Origin: Planctomycetota bacterium
Lineage (GTDB): Bacteria; Planctomycetota; Phycisphaerae; Sedimentisphaerales; Anaerohalosphaeraceae
Length of the DNA stretch: 44,209 nt
NCBI GenBank assembly: GCA_019456225.1
Contig: VRUI01000039.1
Span: forward strand, 1 to 44,209
Direction of reading: 5' to 3'
The notes beneath the pieces are model-generated. The model was not told where the DNA came from. It did not search any database and saw nothing but the letters and a program-made list of their open reading frames with translations. This document shows, in pieces, positions 1 through 9,220 of this stretch. The position numbers and the translations under genes are program-made. How positions within the stretch are numbered: position 1 is the stretch's first letter; every line of letters starts with the position of its first letter.

Positions 1-175
1 CAAGAAATTAAATTGGAAAATGGCCGGGTAGCAAAATTGGGGCGAAAAGTCAAATAGCCGACTTTTTCAACACCCCCACGGTACCTTTTTCTTGGAAACC
101 GGCCCTTTTTATAACTTAAACGGCGATTTTCGCTGCCCTCATAAAAATAACTGTCAACTAAAGGCTCTGTCAACT

Positions 176-196
176 AAAGGCTCCGGGAGCCTTTTT
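176..196 (+). terminator. GC-rich hairpin (aaaggctc-cgg-gagccttt) followed by a short T-run; candidate intrinsic terminator of a gene upstream of the window
   Basis: Stem-loop read directly from the sequence. Preceded by a 16-nt tandem repeat (tgtcaactaaaggctc x2, 152-183). Lies in non-coding DNA before the first good ORF. Confidence 0.3.
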
Positions 197-386
197 CGGG
201 GGTTTAGGTGGTTTAGTCCGGTAAAAAACGGTAAACCCTTTCAGGCAATTCAGGGCAAGCAAATGGGACGTGGTTTGGTTTTTACATAACTTTTACATGT
301 CATTTTGTTTTTATACATTACAATAGGATAAGTTGGTACTAGAGCAATTAAATTTTTAGTAGTAATCTTATTTAAAAGGAGCCGAA

Positions 387-1094
387 ATGAACAAGCAAAT
401 TATTTTGTTAGCCGTCGTAGTGTTTTGCTGTGGTTTTGCCGGGGCAGAAACGCTGGAACCACCTCACATTTCCGTTTACGGTACGGCGGAAATCAAAGTG
501 ACTCCGAATGAAATGGTTTGGTCTGTGAAGGTCAGCACCAAAGACAAACAGCTTGCCGTTGTCGCGAAAGATCATGCCGCTACCGTCAAGGAGGTTCTTG
601 GTTTCCTGAAAAGCCTGAAAATAAAGGAAAAGAAGCTGCAGACCTCGGCAATGCAATATGGAGAAGACTGGAAGAACATTAATCGTCAAAGAGTCAAGGT
701 CGGATATCTTGCTTCAACCAGTATTGGCTTTACCATCTCTGATTTTGACTTGTATCAGAAGATATGGTTCGGGTTGGCTGAGATTGATGGAGTGAGCATT
801 CAAAACACGCAATATGCTCATAGCGATCGAATACGATACCAAAACGAAAGTCGCCAACAAGCAGTGCTGGTCGCTCGCGAAAAAGCTGTAAATCTTGCCA
901 AGATCCTCGGGTCACAGGTTACTGAACCTCTGAAAATCGAAGAAGTTTTTCAGTATTCAGCAATTAGTAACAGCAATTTTGCCTCGAACTCTATTTCTGA
1001 TATCAGCCAGGGCACATCAACGTCAGGTTTGGCATTAGGGCAAATTTCGATAAGCACAAAAGTCAAGATTGTATTCAAGCTGAAAAATTCTTAA
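387..1094 (+). CDS. SIMPL-domain (DUF541) periplasmic protein with N-terminal signal peptide
   Basis: ATG preceded by AAAGGAG. Hydrophobic signal-like N-terminus MNKQIILLAVVVFCCGFAGA. The pattern 'YGTAEIKVTPNEM...VKV' resembles SIMPL/26-kDa periplasmic immunogenic protein family members. 235 aa. Confidence 0.55.
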   Translation: MNKQIILLAVVVFCCGFAGAETLEPPHISVYGTAEIKVTPNEMVWSVKVSTKDKQLAVVAKDHAATVKEVLGFLKSLKIKEKKLQTSAMQYGEDWKNINRQRVKVGYLASTSIGFTISDFDLYQKIWFGLAEIDGVSIQNTQYAHSDRIRYQNESRQQAVLVAREKAVNLAKILGSQVTEPLKIEEVFQYSAISNSNFASNSISDISQGTSTSGLALGQISISTKVKIVFKLKNS

Positions 1095-1204
1095 CTATGG
1101 TCCACCCCTTCAAAATTTCATATTTAGTAAACGAAACAGGGGAAAGTGGGGGGCAGGTGAAAAAAGACGTGTAATCCTGCGATAGATGTGGTTAAATATT
1201 AGCT

Positions 1205-1900
1205 ATGCCTAAGAAAAAACCGCCTAACCGAAAACATCTGCCAAAAGATCTGGAAATACTTTACGAAGACAAAGATATTCTGGTGATCAATAAGCCGGCC
1301 GGCCTTTTGACCGTGGCGACTGCGACTAATAAATTCAAAACGGCTTACTATATTTTAACCGATTATGTGCGAAAGGGAAGTCTCAAGTCACGCAAATGCG
1401 TTTTCACCGTTCACAGGCTTGACCAGTGGACATCAGGAGTGCTTATTTTTTGCAAAAGTGAAGATGCCAAGGATCGATTGCAGGACAATTGGAAGCAGGT
1501 GCAAAAGACATATGTCGCGGTCGTTTACGGTAAGCTAAAACCAAAACAGGGGATCATAACCTCTTATCTCTTTGAGACCAAGAACTATGTTGTCCGCTCT
1601 ACAACCGATAAAACAAAAGGCAAACGGGCACAGACTGGTTATAAGGTGCTTAAAGAGGTGGGGCAGTTTAGCCTGGTAGAGCTCGATCTTTTGACTGGCC
1701 GAAAGAATCAGATACGTGTCCATCTGGCTGACAAGGGCAATCCAATCCGCGGCGACCGTAAATACGGCAAAGATAAGGATACCTACAAGCGTTTAGCCCT
1801 TCATGCCAAATCAATTTCCTTCACCCACCCAACCACCAACCAGCGTATGACTTTTGAGGCAAAACTCCCAAGCCACTTTAAAATAGATTCCCCACCTTAG
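1205..1900 (+). CDS. RluA-family 23S rRNA/tRNA pseudouridine synthase
   Basis: Motifs 'ILYEDKDILVINKPAGLLTV' and 'HRLDQWTSGVLIF' (catalytic Asp in the HRLD context). Size 231 aa is typical of RluA-type enzymes. Confidence 0.85.
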   Translation: MPKKKPPNRKHLPKDLEILYEDKDILVINKPAGLLTVATATNKFKTAYYILTDYVRKGSLKSRKCVFTVHRLDQWTSGVLIFCKSEDAKDRLQDNWKQVQKTYVAVVYGKLKPKQGIITSYLFETKNYVVRSTTDKTKGKRAQTGYKVLKEVGQFSLVELDLLTGRKNQIRVHLADKGNPIRGDRKYGKDKDTYKRLALHAKSISFTHPTTNQRMTFEAKLPSHFKIDSPP

Positions 1901-1936
1901 GTGATTGAAAATGGTATTGTCAAATTTCTCGAACTA

Positions 1937-2914
1937 TTAATGATCCGCACGCCTGCGATAGAAATATCCTGGGTTAAGCGGTTCTGAAACCTTTGCCTCA
2001 GGATTTAGTTTTACACCGGCAAGAACCTCTCGGCGAAATACATCAAAGCCTGCTCTGTCAACGATATAGCCCATGTGCTCTTTCGGCAATGAACGGTCGA
2101 TATACAAGTGCATGAAATTATATACATTTTTGCAGATACCGAGAACCACTTCTTCGCTGGCATTTTTTATGAAAGTGTTTGCCAATCTAGGATTTCGTTT
2201 GCCTGTACGTCCGCCTATGACGATTCGATAACGTTTTTCTCCCCTGGAAAAAGCTCCCATAGGACATTTCAAAATACATTCACCGCAATTTAAACAATAA
2301 TCTTCGTCTCTCGTTACCTTAAAGTTTTCAACGGATAAAGCATTGGTTATCTTCTTCTTGCAATTGTCAACGCAAGCCTCGCAGCCAATGCATTTTTCCT
2401 CATTATAATCCGGCATGACGCTGCCGATGATGCCGATGTCTTGCGTATGAGCTTTGATGCAGTCATTCGGGCAACCGGTGATAGCTACTTTTAAATGATA
2501 ATCGTTTGGGTATATCACTTTCTCGATCTTCTGAGCAAGCAGCGTACTGTCAATATTAGCAAATCGGCATACCCTGTTACCAACGCACGCAGAAACATTT
2601 CTTGTTCCCGCAGATGGATAACCATTAACTGCATCTTCCAGAACTACACCGCAAGAACTTTCAATCCCCGCGATCATCTCAGCCATACACTGCTTAACTT
2701 CGTCCATCTGCACCATCTTAATTCCAGGTATCTCATAACCCTGCCTGGTCGTCAAATGAACTGTTCCATTGCCAAATCGTTCTGCCAACTCCTGGATCAC
2801 CTTCAAATACTTTGCATCCATATGTCCGCCCGGAACCCGCAACCGGACAGCCGTTTCATTGCGAACCTTGGTAATACGAAAAGCATTCTTGATCAATTTC
2901 TTAGTGTTATACAT
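1937..2914 (-). CDS. asrC: Anaerobic sulfite reductase subunit C-like (siroheme/4Fe-4S sulfite reductase domain plus ferredoxin insert)
   Basis: The segment 'TGCPNDCIKAHTQDIGIIG' matches the siroheme–[4Fe-4S] coupling region of sulfite/nitrite reductases. Two ferredoxin-type clusters CIGCEACVDNC and CLNCGECILKCP are present. Last gene of a four-gene minus-strand operon with AsrA/AsrB-like proteins. Confidence 0.7.
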   Translation of the reverse strand: MYNTKKLIKNAFRITKVRNETAVRLRVPGGHMDAKYLKVIQELAERFGNGTVHLTTRQGYEIPGIKMVQMDEVKQCMAEMIAGIESSCGVVLEDAVNGYPSAGTRNVSACVGNRVCRFANIDSTLLAQKIEKVIYPNDYHLKVAITGCPNDCIKAHTQDIGIIGSVMPDYNEEKCIGCEACVDNCKKKITNALSVENFKVTRDEDYCLNCGECILKCPMGAFSRGEKRYRIVIGGRTGKRNPRLANTFIKNASEEVVLGICKNVYNFMHLYIDRSLPKEHMGYIVDRAGFDVFRREVLAGVKLNPEAKVSEPLNPGYFYRRRADH

Positions 2915-2920
2915 GTAATA

Positions 2921-3691
2921 CTATTCCTTTTCTTTATAAGTGGCCAGCCAGTACATTCCACCGACAAAAATCCCGCCGCCTATGATATTTCCTAATGTTA
3001 CCCAGGTCAGATTATTTACAAAACCTGCAAACGATACCGCATCACCATGCGGGAAAAATAACGATATTGACAGCAAAGTCATATTCGCGATACTGTGCTC
3101 AAAACCAGATGCAATAAATGCGAACAAACACCAGAAAATCAAAATGCATTTGGCAACATCACTTTTGACCCGACCGGACATCCATAAAGCCAGACACACA
3201 AGCCAATTACATAATATACCCCGCAAAATCATTTGTCCCGGCGGCATATTCATCTTTGCCGCTGCTACTTTTTCAACAAAATCCATCGCACCGTCCATTG
3301 CACCGGATGCGACAACTATATATGCTAATAAAACTGAACCTGCCAAATTTCCGAGCCATGAAAAGCCCCATATTCTAAACGCGCTATACCAGGAAGTCTC
3401 TTTTCGCAGGCATCCAAGCGTCATTATCATATTATTACCGGTAAAAAGCTCCGAACCGGCAAAGACAACTAAAGTCAAAGCAATTCCGAAAGATATTCCC
3501 ATTATCGGTTTTAAAAACAATGATTTCTCTGCGGCGAAAGGTGCTCCAATCGAAAAGATCAGGATTATACCAATACCAACATAAGCTCCTGCGAGCATCG
3601 AAGAAACAATATACGAAAGTTTGGCGCTGTCTAGAAAGTCAACTTTTTTCTTTGCCAATTCTGACATGGCGATTACATTACTTAAATACAT
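2921..3691 (-). CDS. Formate/nitrite transporter (FNT) family channel, candidate hydrosulfide/sulfite channel (HSC-like)
   Basis: FNT signature segments 'ELFTGNN' and 'GFEHSIANM'. Six predicted TM helices. Embedded between asrB and asrC, as the FNT hydrosulfide channel gene is in Clostridioides difficile. Confidence 0.8.
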   Translation of the reverse strand: MYLSNVIAMSELAKKKVDFLDSAKLSYIVSSMLAGAYVGIGIILIFSIGAPFAAEKSLFLKPIMGISFGIALTLVVFAGSELFTGNNMIMTLGCLRKETSWYSAFRIWGFSWLGNLAGSVLLAYIVVASGAMDGAMDFVEKVAAAKMNMPPGQMILRGILCNWLVCLALWMSGRVKSDVAKCILIFWCLFAFIASGFEHSIANMTLLSISLFFPHGDAVSFAGFVNNLTWVTLGNIIGGGIFVGGMYWLATYKEKE

Positions 3692-3721
3692 TTTTGGTGT
3701 CCTTATAATATCAGTTCTAAG

Positions 3722-4525
3722 TTAATCGATAAGTGATGCAGCCTCGACATAATTAAATACCGGCCCGTCAACGCAGACATATTTATCGCGTATTCTACAA
3801 TGCCCGCATTTACCAACACCGCATTTCATATGGCGTTCAAACGAAGTCCATATGTTTTTGCAGCAAACTTTATGACGAGATAACTCTTTGACGGTGTTAG
3901 TCATCATTAAAGGCGGCCCGATGACTACAACTTTTGTTTCAGGACCAAGGTCGTCGACGTATTTAACGAAATCAACAACAAATCCTATTCCTCCGGCCCA
4001 CGCTTCATCATCATTTTCTGTGGTATCTACAGTTACGATGACACCGCCGTTTTTTTCCCAACCCTTGAGTTCCGTCTTAAATAAAACATGCTTGGGGGAT
4101 CTGAATCCTATTAGAAGATCCAGCTTCCTTGCTGCGCAATCATTGCTTGTCAGAGAGTACTCGATCAATGGTTTGACCGCCGCGACTGCAGTACCGCCTG
4201 CAATAACAAGAAGATGCTGGTCCTGAAAGTCAGCCAGGGGGAAACCTTCACCGTAAGGCCCTCTAATCGAAACTTTATCGCCGATTTTTTTTTCAAATAG
4301 ACGCGAAGTGACTTTGCCTGTATTGCGTACGGTTATTTCAAAAGTATCAGAGCTAAACCCACTGATCGAAATCGGAATTTCACCTGCATGAGCGACTGAA
4401 ACCATGACAAATTGACCTGGACAGCCCACTAATTCACAGCCGAGTGTGAAAGTACGCTCCATCTTCGTGTGCTTATGAATTTTTACGATCTTAACTTCAT
4501 TACCTTCATATATATTTGATACCAT
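3722..4525 (-). CDS. asrB: Anaerobic sulfite reductase subunit B-like (FAD/NAD-binding, PyrK-type electron-transfer subunit with C-terminal 2Fe-2S)
   Basis: Ferredoxin-NADP reductase-like fold motifs (GGTAVAA, VIGPPLMM). C-terminal cluster 'CGVGKCGHCRI'. Its start overlaps the asrA stop (ATGA). Confidence 0.7.
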   Translation of the reverse strand: MVSNIYEGNEVKIVKIHKHTKMERTFTLGCELVGCPGQFVMVSVAHAGEIPISISGFSSDTFEITVRNTGKVTSRLFEKKIGDKVSIRGPYGEGFPLADFQDQHLLVIAGGTAVAAVKPLIEYSLTSNDCAARKLDLLIGFRSPKHVLFKTELKGWEKNGGVIVTVDTTENDDEAWAGGIGFVVDFVKYVDDLGPETKVVVIGPPLMMTNTVKELSRHKVCCKNIWTSFERHMKCGVGKCGHCRIRDKYVCVDGPVFNYVEAASLID

Positions 4526-5553
4526 TATTGTTCCCCATCGCTAACACTTATTGCATTGATCTTTTCTATGCACTTTGACATACTAATATACTCCGGACAA
4601 ACTTGATCGCAGCGTCCGCAGCCTACACACATACTGAATCCAAACTTCTTTTTAAAATCCACGATTTTGTGCAGCACTTTATATCGCATTTTATCACCGT
4701 TAGTTGTTCTGAAATCGTGATTGCCGGCTAGCAGAGAAAATTTCTTTATCTGGCAAGAGGACCATATGCGTTGTCTCTTAGTTTTTCTTTGATCTTCAGC
4801 GTCAGGTACGTCCTGCATTGTAAAGCATGTGCAGGTAGGGCACGAAACGGTGCAGCGGCCGCATCCAATACACCGGCGTGAATATTCTTTCCAAATCTCA
4901 TGGTTAAACAATGAGTTGTCAACCGAATCAGGGATACTCAAAGGTGATAGATCTTCAGTGACAAACGCAGGCTCTATTTCTGCTTTAGTGCCGTGTGAGA
5001 AATATTTTGAAAACGCGTCGTCGTTGATCTTTACAGCATATCCATTTTCTTCTTTTCTTACGAAAACTGAATAATTCTTAGTCGTGCTGGTTCCCATCGA
5101 AACACAAAAACAACTTGCAGAAGGACTCTGGCATTCCAGCAAGAAGAATTTCACATGCTCTCTTCTGCCGCTAAAATAGCTGTCCTGCCTGCCGCCGTTT
5201 TTAAGGAACATTGCGTCAAGAACCTCAACCGAATTGATATCGCATGCCCTCAAAAAAACAATTGTAGGCTTCATTTCAACGCCAACATCCTTTGCTTTCG
5301 CCGAATTATTATTTTCATAACTAAACAATGTTTCGCGGATTGGCGAAAGAACTGATTTAGCAGAAAACTGTGTGATTCCATCAAAGACGATCTCGGATAG
5401 TGATTCGACATTACCGTAGGTGACAATATCAGTATCTGAGAAACGCCCCTCTCCGACTTTTATTGTCGGTGCGACAATCGTGTAATCCTTTACAACATTC
5501 AAAAACGCTGCTTCTGACTGTTTACTATCTAATCTCAATCTTAATTTCTCCAC
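4525..5553 (-). CDS. asrA: Anaerobic sulfite reductase subunit A-like (iron-sulfur protein)
   Basis: Two 4Fe-4S motifs 'CIGCGRCTVSCPTC' and 'CVGCGRCDQVCP'. First gene of the asrA-asrB-FNT-asrC arrangement. 342 aa matches AsrA size. Confidence 0.7.
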   Translation of the reverse strand: MEKLRLRLDSKQSEAAFLNVVKDYTIVAPTIKVGEGRFSDTDIVTYGNVESLSEIVFDGITQFSAKSVLSPIRETLFSYENNNSAKAKDVGVEMKPTIVFLRACDINSVEVLDAMFLKNGGRQDSYFSGRREHVKFFLLECQSPSASCFCVSMGTSTTKNYSVFVRKEENGYAVKINDDAFSKYFSHGTKAEIEPAFVTEDLSPLSIPDSVDNSLFNHEIWKEYSRRCIGCGRCTVSCPTCTCFTMQDVPDAEDQRKTKRQRIWSSCQIKKFSLLAGNHDFRTTNGDKMRYKVLHKIVDFKKKFGFSMCVGCGRCDQVCPEYISMSKCIEKINAISVSDGEQ

Positions 5554-5895
5554 AATCTGTATCTTTAGTTTATTTAGTTATTCGTTCGCAATAGTCGTGC
5601 ACATACTCTAGTATTCCTATGCAAAGACTGTGCCATTACGAAAAAAACAAAAAAGAACGATGTAAACACTTGCAGTTACAAGGCTTACGGAGAGTATACG
5701 AAATTATGCTTGAGACGACAAGACGTAACATTTACGTAGCTTCACTAGGCTTGTGTTACATTTTTGTAGCAGGACGTCTCAGTAGACGGGCACGAGAAGA
5801 ATTAGGGAAATTAAAGGGAGAAAAATAAAGGGAAAAAATAAAGGGGTCCGGTACAATAGTGTTCGGAACCCATTTTGTGTCTTTTATTCTTTTAT

Positions 5896-6045
5896 CACTA
5901 CTGTCCGGACGTTGTAAGTTTTATAATTGATAAATCTTTAAAATATAAGGAGTTACGTTAAAAAAAGGTTCTTTCCGATTTGAACTCAGATTTGTTGTAT
6001 AATCCTCTTAAAAAGGGGCTGCAATGAATTCTGGTAAAATGGTAT
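5896..6045. repeat. 150-bp direct repeat, copy 1 (about 95% identical to 11117-11266)
   Basis: Aligned by eye: cactactgtccggacgttgtaagttttataattgataa...ggggctgcaatgaattctggtaaaatggtat. Only three mismatched positions/blocks between the copies. Contains TTGTATAAT, an extended-10-like element. Confidence 0.9.
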
Positions 6046-6100
6046 AATAGGGTTTAATTGGTGATTTTTTTATGGGAGTTTTTGGGGTTTTGTTTTTTGC

Positions 6101-6130
6101 TTGACAAAAGTGATGATTATGGTATGATAT
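6101..6130 (+). promoter_or_regulatory. Sigma70-like promoter candidate (TTGACA - 17 nt - ATGATA) upstream of the Zn-ribbon membrane protein gene
   Basis: The sequence gcTTGACAaaagtgatgattatggtATGATAt was read directly. It lies about 110 bp upstream of the GTG start at 6236, which has an AAGGAG RBS. Confidence 0.35.
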
Positions 6131-6235
6131 TTGTTGCAATTCTGATCCGGCAACTGGGTGAGGGTAATTTAACATAGACACTCGTAAAAAAAGCAAGGAG
6201 AACGTTTTTACTAACTTCAAATAAGGAGATTAAGA

Positions 6236-6937
6236 GTGATTACTATTAAGTGCAAAAAGTGTGACCATCCTATTGAAGCTATATTGATGTATGTGCCCCA
6301 AATACTTCGCTGTAAGAAATGTAAAGAGTGTATTATTGTGCCATCAATAGAACAGGTTGAAGCGACAAAAAAAAATACAAACGTTAAAACTACAAATCAA
6401 AAGACTGCACAAAAGAACGAATTTTCCTCTAAGGCTGTAGCGGTAAAACATGAAGATACACAAAGCCACAAAAAGTTCAGTGAAGGTTATGTGGAGTGTC
6501 CTAAATGCGACACAGACAACGTTTCAGGAGTAATGCGTTGTGTCAATTGCAATGCATGCCTTATGCCTGTACTGTTGGGAATAATAACGATAATGGGATT
6601 AATGGGCTATATTATCACTGCCTTTTTGTTTCTTTATGAAGCAATTGATGAACTGCACGATGGTGACTTTCCCCTTGGCCTTATTCTATCTATTTATTAT
6701 ATTGCGTGCATTGTATTTGTTCTCATGCTAAGGAGAGGTAAGTACTGGGCCTGGATTGCGCATCAAACTTCTTTGGCAATGCAATTAATATTAATTACAT
6801 TGGCTGCGCCGTTTTGTATAAAAGAAATTCCAGAACCTTTTAATTTTATCATTATAGTTGTTAGTATAATCTCCACAATGTTAATCTGGGCCTATATTTA
6901 TTTTAGCAAAAGAACGAGAAATTTCTGCTGTGCTTAA
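6236..6937 (+). CDS. Membrane protein with N-terminal double zinc-ribbon (CxxC x4) and four C-terminal TM helices; function unknown
   Basis: GTG start with AAGGAG 9 nt upstream. CKKCDH...CKKCKEC and CPKCD...CVNCNAC pairs. Hydrophobic C-terminal half. Confidence 0.5.
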   Translation: MITIKCKKCDHPIEAILMYVPQILRCKKCKECIIVPSIEQVEATKKNTNVKTTNQKTAQKNEFSSKAVAVKHEDTQSHKKFSEGYVECPKCDTDNVSGVMRCVNCNACLMPVLLGIITIMGLMGYIITAFLFLYEAIDELHDGDFPLGLILSIYYIACIVFVLMLRRGKYWAWIAHQTSLAMQLILITLAAPFCIKEIPEPFNFIIIVVSIISTMLIWAYIYFSKRTRNFCCA

Positions 6938-7026
6938 GTGGAAATTATACCAATTGGCCAGTTTGGAAATTGTTTATTTGCGGATTCGGCCATCGGGACC
7001 GGAGGGATCGATGCTGCCCGGGCGTG

Positions 7027-7105
7027 GATCAGGCGAAGTTTTCGGCTTCTTGCATTGCTATCTTTGACCATTGCCACAGGCGTTTTGGGTCGCGGCGGAC
7101 GTTTA
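7027..7105. repeat. 78-bp repeat, copy 1: orphan 3'-end stub of a URO-D-like gene (copy 2 at 8803-8880)
   Basis: Minus-strand translation gives ...RRDPKRLWQWSKIAMQEAENFA*. This is identical in amino acids to the C-terminus of the 8804..9103 ORF but has synonymous nucleotide differences. An in-frame stop lies about 27 codons upstream, so only a stub remains. Confidence 0.8.
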
Positions 7106-7302
7106 ATTTGCGTTTAAATTACACCATTTCCTACTATTCCCGTATGGATACTAGATTTTTCTTGACTAACGCTGTTTTTTGTGGTATTATCTACTTGTCC
7201 GTCAAGTCAGGATTTTTAAGGTTGATGATATTTTCACCGCTGATTAATTCTTTAATTTCAACTACTCGATTATTCCTCTTGTCTTTGCCGGCCTAAGCAG
7301 GT

Positions 7303-8760
7303 GTGTTTGAACGGTATAAAAATCGATTTTTTTTAAGGAGTGAAATGATGAAAAAGCAATCTTATTTTGCACAAGTTATGTTTATATTGCTGGTTGTTCT
7401 ATTGGTTAGCGGGTCAAGCTTTGCGGCAACTTTGTATTTATCCAGAGTGCCGGATTGGGATCAGCCCGTACTTGCGGCGTCGCAATCTGCAGGCGGGTCC
7501 TGGGGCGCGTGGTGTGTGCCAACGGCGATGGCTAATATTACAGGTTATTTCAATGACAGGACTATTGCAAATATCGGTGACGATCTGGTTTACCCGACGA
7601 CGGGAACCTGGCCAGATGCTCGCTGGCAGGACGAATGTGCCGATGCCACCGGCGGATCACGAGGCGACCTTGGCTGGTTTTTCAATACGAATGACCAGGG
7701 CCTCGGTGGAACCATAATTGCACTTCCTTTCTACAGAGGTACAAAGATACAGCATATCAGGGACGGCGCTAAAGGCACCGGCGGATTGCTTGGCGGCGGC
7801 AGCGGTTACTTTCCTTCGCGCGGCCAAAATTATATCGATGTTCAAAGTTTGGGTTCATACCAAATGGATTCCGCTATCTATGCTTTGTTTGACACATACC
7901 CGACCATTGATCCCCAGTCATCGCACGATGACATGCTCGGCTGGTCTCAGCTTACATTGTCGCTCGCTGCCAATCAGCCGGTCCTTGCCCACTTTGATCA
8001 TTTCAACCTTCAGTCAAGGACACAGGTAAGAGGACCGGGTAATGACCCGACCATCGGTGATTATGACATGGCAGACTGGGGCACTGAGCCGAGTTATCCA
8101 ACTTTCCCCGATGAAAACAGTGGAGAGATATGGGACCCGAGCCAAGGCCTGGGCCACACTGTTACGATTGTAGGCTACTGGAACGCCACCGATCCCCTTA
8201 ACCCGTTCACTCCGGGAAAGGATGCAATTATCGTCTATGATAATATGGACGGCACGCTCCCGACCATAATCAAGGATCCATTGCCCCTGATTTTGCCATG
8301 GATGGGTTCGCCATGGGCCGGGCTAACGATCATTCACCATGGTGTATCGGTGCCAATAGTAACGGCACCTAACGGCGGAGAAGCCATTCTTCAAGACAGC
8401 AACTCAGTGATCACATGGGATGACCCTGGCACCATTGCCGATATCAGCATCAAATATACAATAAACAACGGTTCGAACTGGTCGGATGTTTCACCGGCTA
8501 ATGTCGGCAATACCGGCTCGTATCAGTGGCACACGCCAGTTGCCGATTCGAATCAATGCAAAATAAAGATCACCAGTGCGATGCACATCAATCTCTTTGA
8601 TTACAGTGACGATGTCTTTACGATATTTAAAAGCATATTGAGGTCTGACCTGAATGGCGACGGTACTGTTGGGCTCGCTGACCTTGCACTTTTAGCCTCA
8701 GAGTGGATGGGCTGCGCAAACCGATTCGGTACCGGCTGCGCACCAATACAAGGTAATTAA
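7303..8760 (+). CDS. Secreted papain-like cysteine peptidase candidate with C-terminal dockerin-like calcium-binding repeat
   Basis: Signal peptide after the MMKKQSYFAQVMFILLVVLLVSGSSFAA region. Candidate catalytic Cys in 'GAWCVPTAMANI' and His in 'GHTVTIVGYWN'. C-terminal 'DLNGDGTVGLADLALLASEW' matches the dockerin/EF-hand-like DxNxDGxV pattern. Confidence 0.45.
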   Translation: MFERYKNRFFLRSEMMKKQSYFAQVMFILLVVLLVSGSSFAATLYLSRVPDWDQPVLAASQSAGGSWGAWCVPTAMANITGYFNDRTIANIGDDLVYPTTGTWPDARWQDECADATGGSRGDLGWFFNTNDQGLGGTIIALPFYRGTKIQHIRDGAKGTGGLLGGGSGYFPSRGQNYIDVQSLGSYQMDSAIYALFDTYPTIDPQSSHDDMLGWSQLTLSLAANQPVLAHFDHFNLQSRTQVRGPGNDPTIGDYDMADWGTEPSYPTFPDENSGEIWDPSQGLGHTVTIVGYWNATDPLNPFTPGKDAIIVYDNMDGTLPTIIKDPLPLILPWMGSPWAGLTIIHHGVSVPIVTAPNGGEAILQDSNSVITWDDPGTIADISIKYTINNGSNWSDVSPANVGNTGSYQWHTPVADSNQCKIKITSAMHINLFDYSDDVFTIFKSILRSDLNGDGTVGLADLALLASEWMGCANRFGTGCAPIQGN

Positions 8761-8803
8761 AAGTGTTTGGAAAACAAAGTGCTACGGACCTTTTCTTTGT
8801 GAA

Positions 8804-9103
8804 TCAGGCGAAGTTTTCGGCTTCTTGCATTGCTATCTTTGACCATTGCCAAAGTCTTTTTGGATCGCGGCGGACTGTTGAGATGTCTTTCATTATGAAC
8901 TCTATGTGGCATTTGCCTTCTGCTTTTTCGAGGACGCTGCGGATGTCTGCTCGGGCCTGGGCGGGGTTCCAGTCGGTCTCTGCGAGGATCGCCGGGCTTG
9001 GTTTCTGGCTGATTACGTAATCTGCGCCGACCTGATTAATCACACTTTCAATATCGCACCATGGGCTGATGGAGATTTTTCGCAGGTTTGGGATCTTACG
9101 CAT
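8804..9103 (-). pseudogene. C-terminal fragment (99 aa) of a uroporphyrinogen-decarboxylase (URO-D/MtaA-like) family protein
   Basis: Only about the last third of a roughly 340-aa family member is present. A short unrelated signal-peptide-like mini-ORF (MKRAYILFAIAVSLLAS..., 9120-9194 minus) lies upstream in another frame. Its 3' end is duplicated at 7027-7105. Confidence 0.45.
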
Positions 9104-9220
9104 GAGGTCGATCTTTTTATCCAGCGGCTCGCAGCAGCATATTAGAAGCCAGCAAACTGACCGCTATTGCAAATAGAATGTATGCTCTTTTCATGTTATA
9201 TTATCCTTTCTTTTTTCAAT

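Noticed and set aside
92-289. 65-aa ORF at the window start
   Set aside because: It overlaps the tandem-repeat/terminator hairpin region, has no RBS and a low-complexity product. It is likely non-coding 3' flank of an upstream gene.
5619-5828. 69-aa ORF upstream of the asr operon
   Set aside because: It sits in the promoter region of the asrA operon and has no RBS and an arginine-rich product. It is probably non-coding.
6970-7296. 108-aa + strand ORF (and the similar 8763..9020 + ORF) sharing the peptide QAKFSASCIAIFDHC
   Set aside because: The shared peptide is the antisense reading of the duplicated 3' end of a URO-D-like gene encoded on the minus strand. These ORFs are mirror-frame artefacts of the 78-bp repeat.
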